DNA of 62,782 nt, the filler included, from Globobulimina sp. (lineage: Eukaryota): assembly GCA_003354225.1 (NCBI GenBank). It is 41 parts of 41 records of this genome, joined end to end, with 100 filler letters (N's around TTAATTAATTAA, not from the genome) between each part and the next. Parts side by side here need not be neighbours in the genome. Positions count along the whole stretch, not along the records: positions 61,350 to 62,782 come from PIVH01016769.1; 40 more parts are not named here. One strand, written 5' to 3'. Below, one piece after another: positions 62,381-62,782 of this stretch. A program made the position numbers and the translations under genes. Position 1 is the stretch's first letter. Each line of letters opens with the position of its first letter. The notes beneath the pieces are model-generated. The model was not told the origin of the DNA and searched no databases. It saw nothing but the letters and a program-made list of their open reading frames with translations.

Positions 62381-62782
62381 ATATTTGAAAATTAGATGTA
62401 AACGAAATAAACCCATCCTACAGTATTATGGAATTCCCCATGCTTTTTATGGGTGTTTATGAGTATAATAATTTTATGCAAGAGGTAATTTTGTAATGAA
62501 TTTTTGAATGTATATATAGTGGTAGATGTTTCAAAAGGACAAGAATCACTTTTTGTAACGCTTCCAGCTAAAGCCCTTCGGCATTAAACAAAGAATGGTT
62601 TCTAACTTTTAAAGCTCCTAACTTAGTTGACTTTAGTCTAATGAATTGATTCATGTACCACTACAAATATGTTATTAAGACTAAATCCAAATTAAACTAG
62701 CGTATCAGAGAGTAATTTGAGAATATTCCTCATGTCTGTCAATTGTTGTGTGATGACAGGAAACTCCATTGAAAGTGACTCT

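Overview
This window is not one locus. It is 41 unrelated contigs of 1433-1435 bp, sorted by length and joined by 40 artificial 100-nt linkers (44 N + TTAATTAATTAA + 44 N), so adjacency across a linker means nothing. Most contigs come from an AT-rich, gene-dense eukaryote with short (about 50-100 nt) GT-AG introns. The gene families resemble foraminiferan/rhizarian ones, but that assignment is inference. Recognisable genes: SAM synthetase, phytochelatin synthase-like protein, BAR protein, two MFS transporters, tandem tyrosinases, kinase, TM-RGS, two convergent Amt transporters, CRAL-TRIO, Rab, SAYSD1 with a SEC-C tail, NT-C2, RING, a degenerate G-alpha, SLC26/STAS, a thiolase with PTS1, and a PH + permuted NlpC/P60 protein. 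There are also many retroelement pieces: DIRS, CRE-like, APE-LINEs and a nested CR1-like insertion with a TSD. Some contigs look chimeric, including in-frame bacterial fragments. No multi-gene novel system can be supported. The best leads are the pseudo-G-alpha, the SAYSD1/SEC-C fusion, the tandem membrane tyrosinases, and hairpin-forming introns with atypical splice signals. All calls are by-eye motif recognition; no database searches were run.
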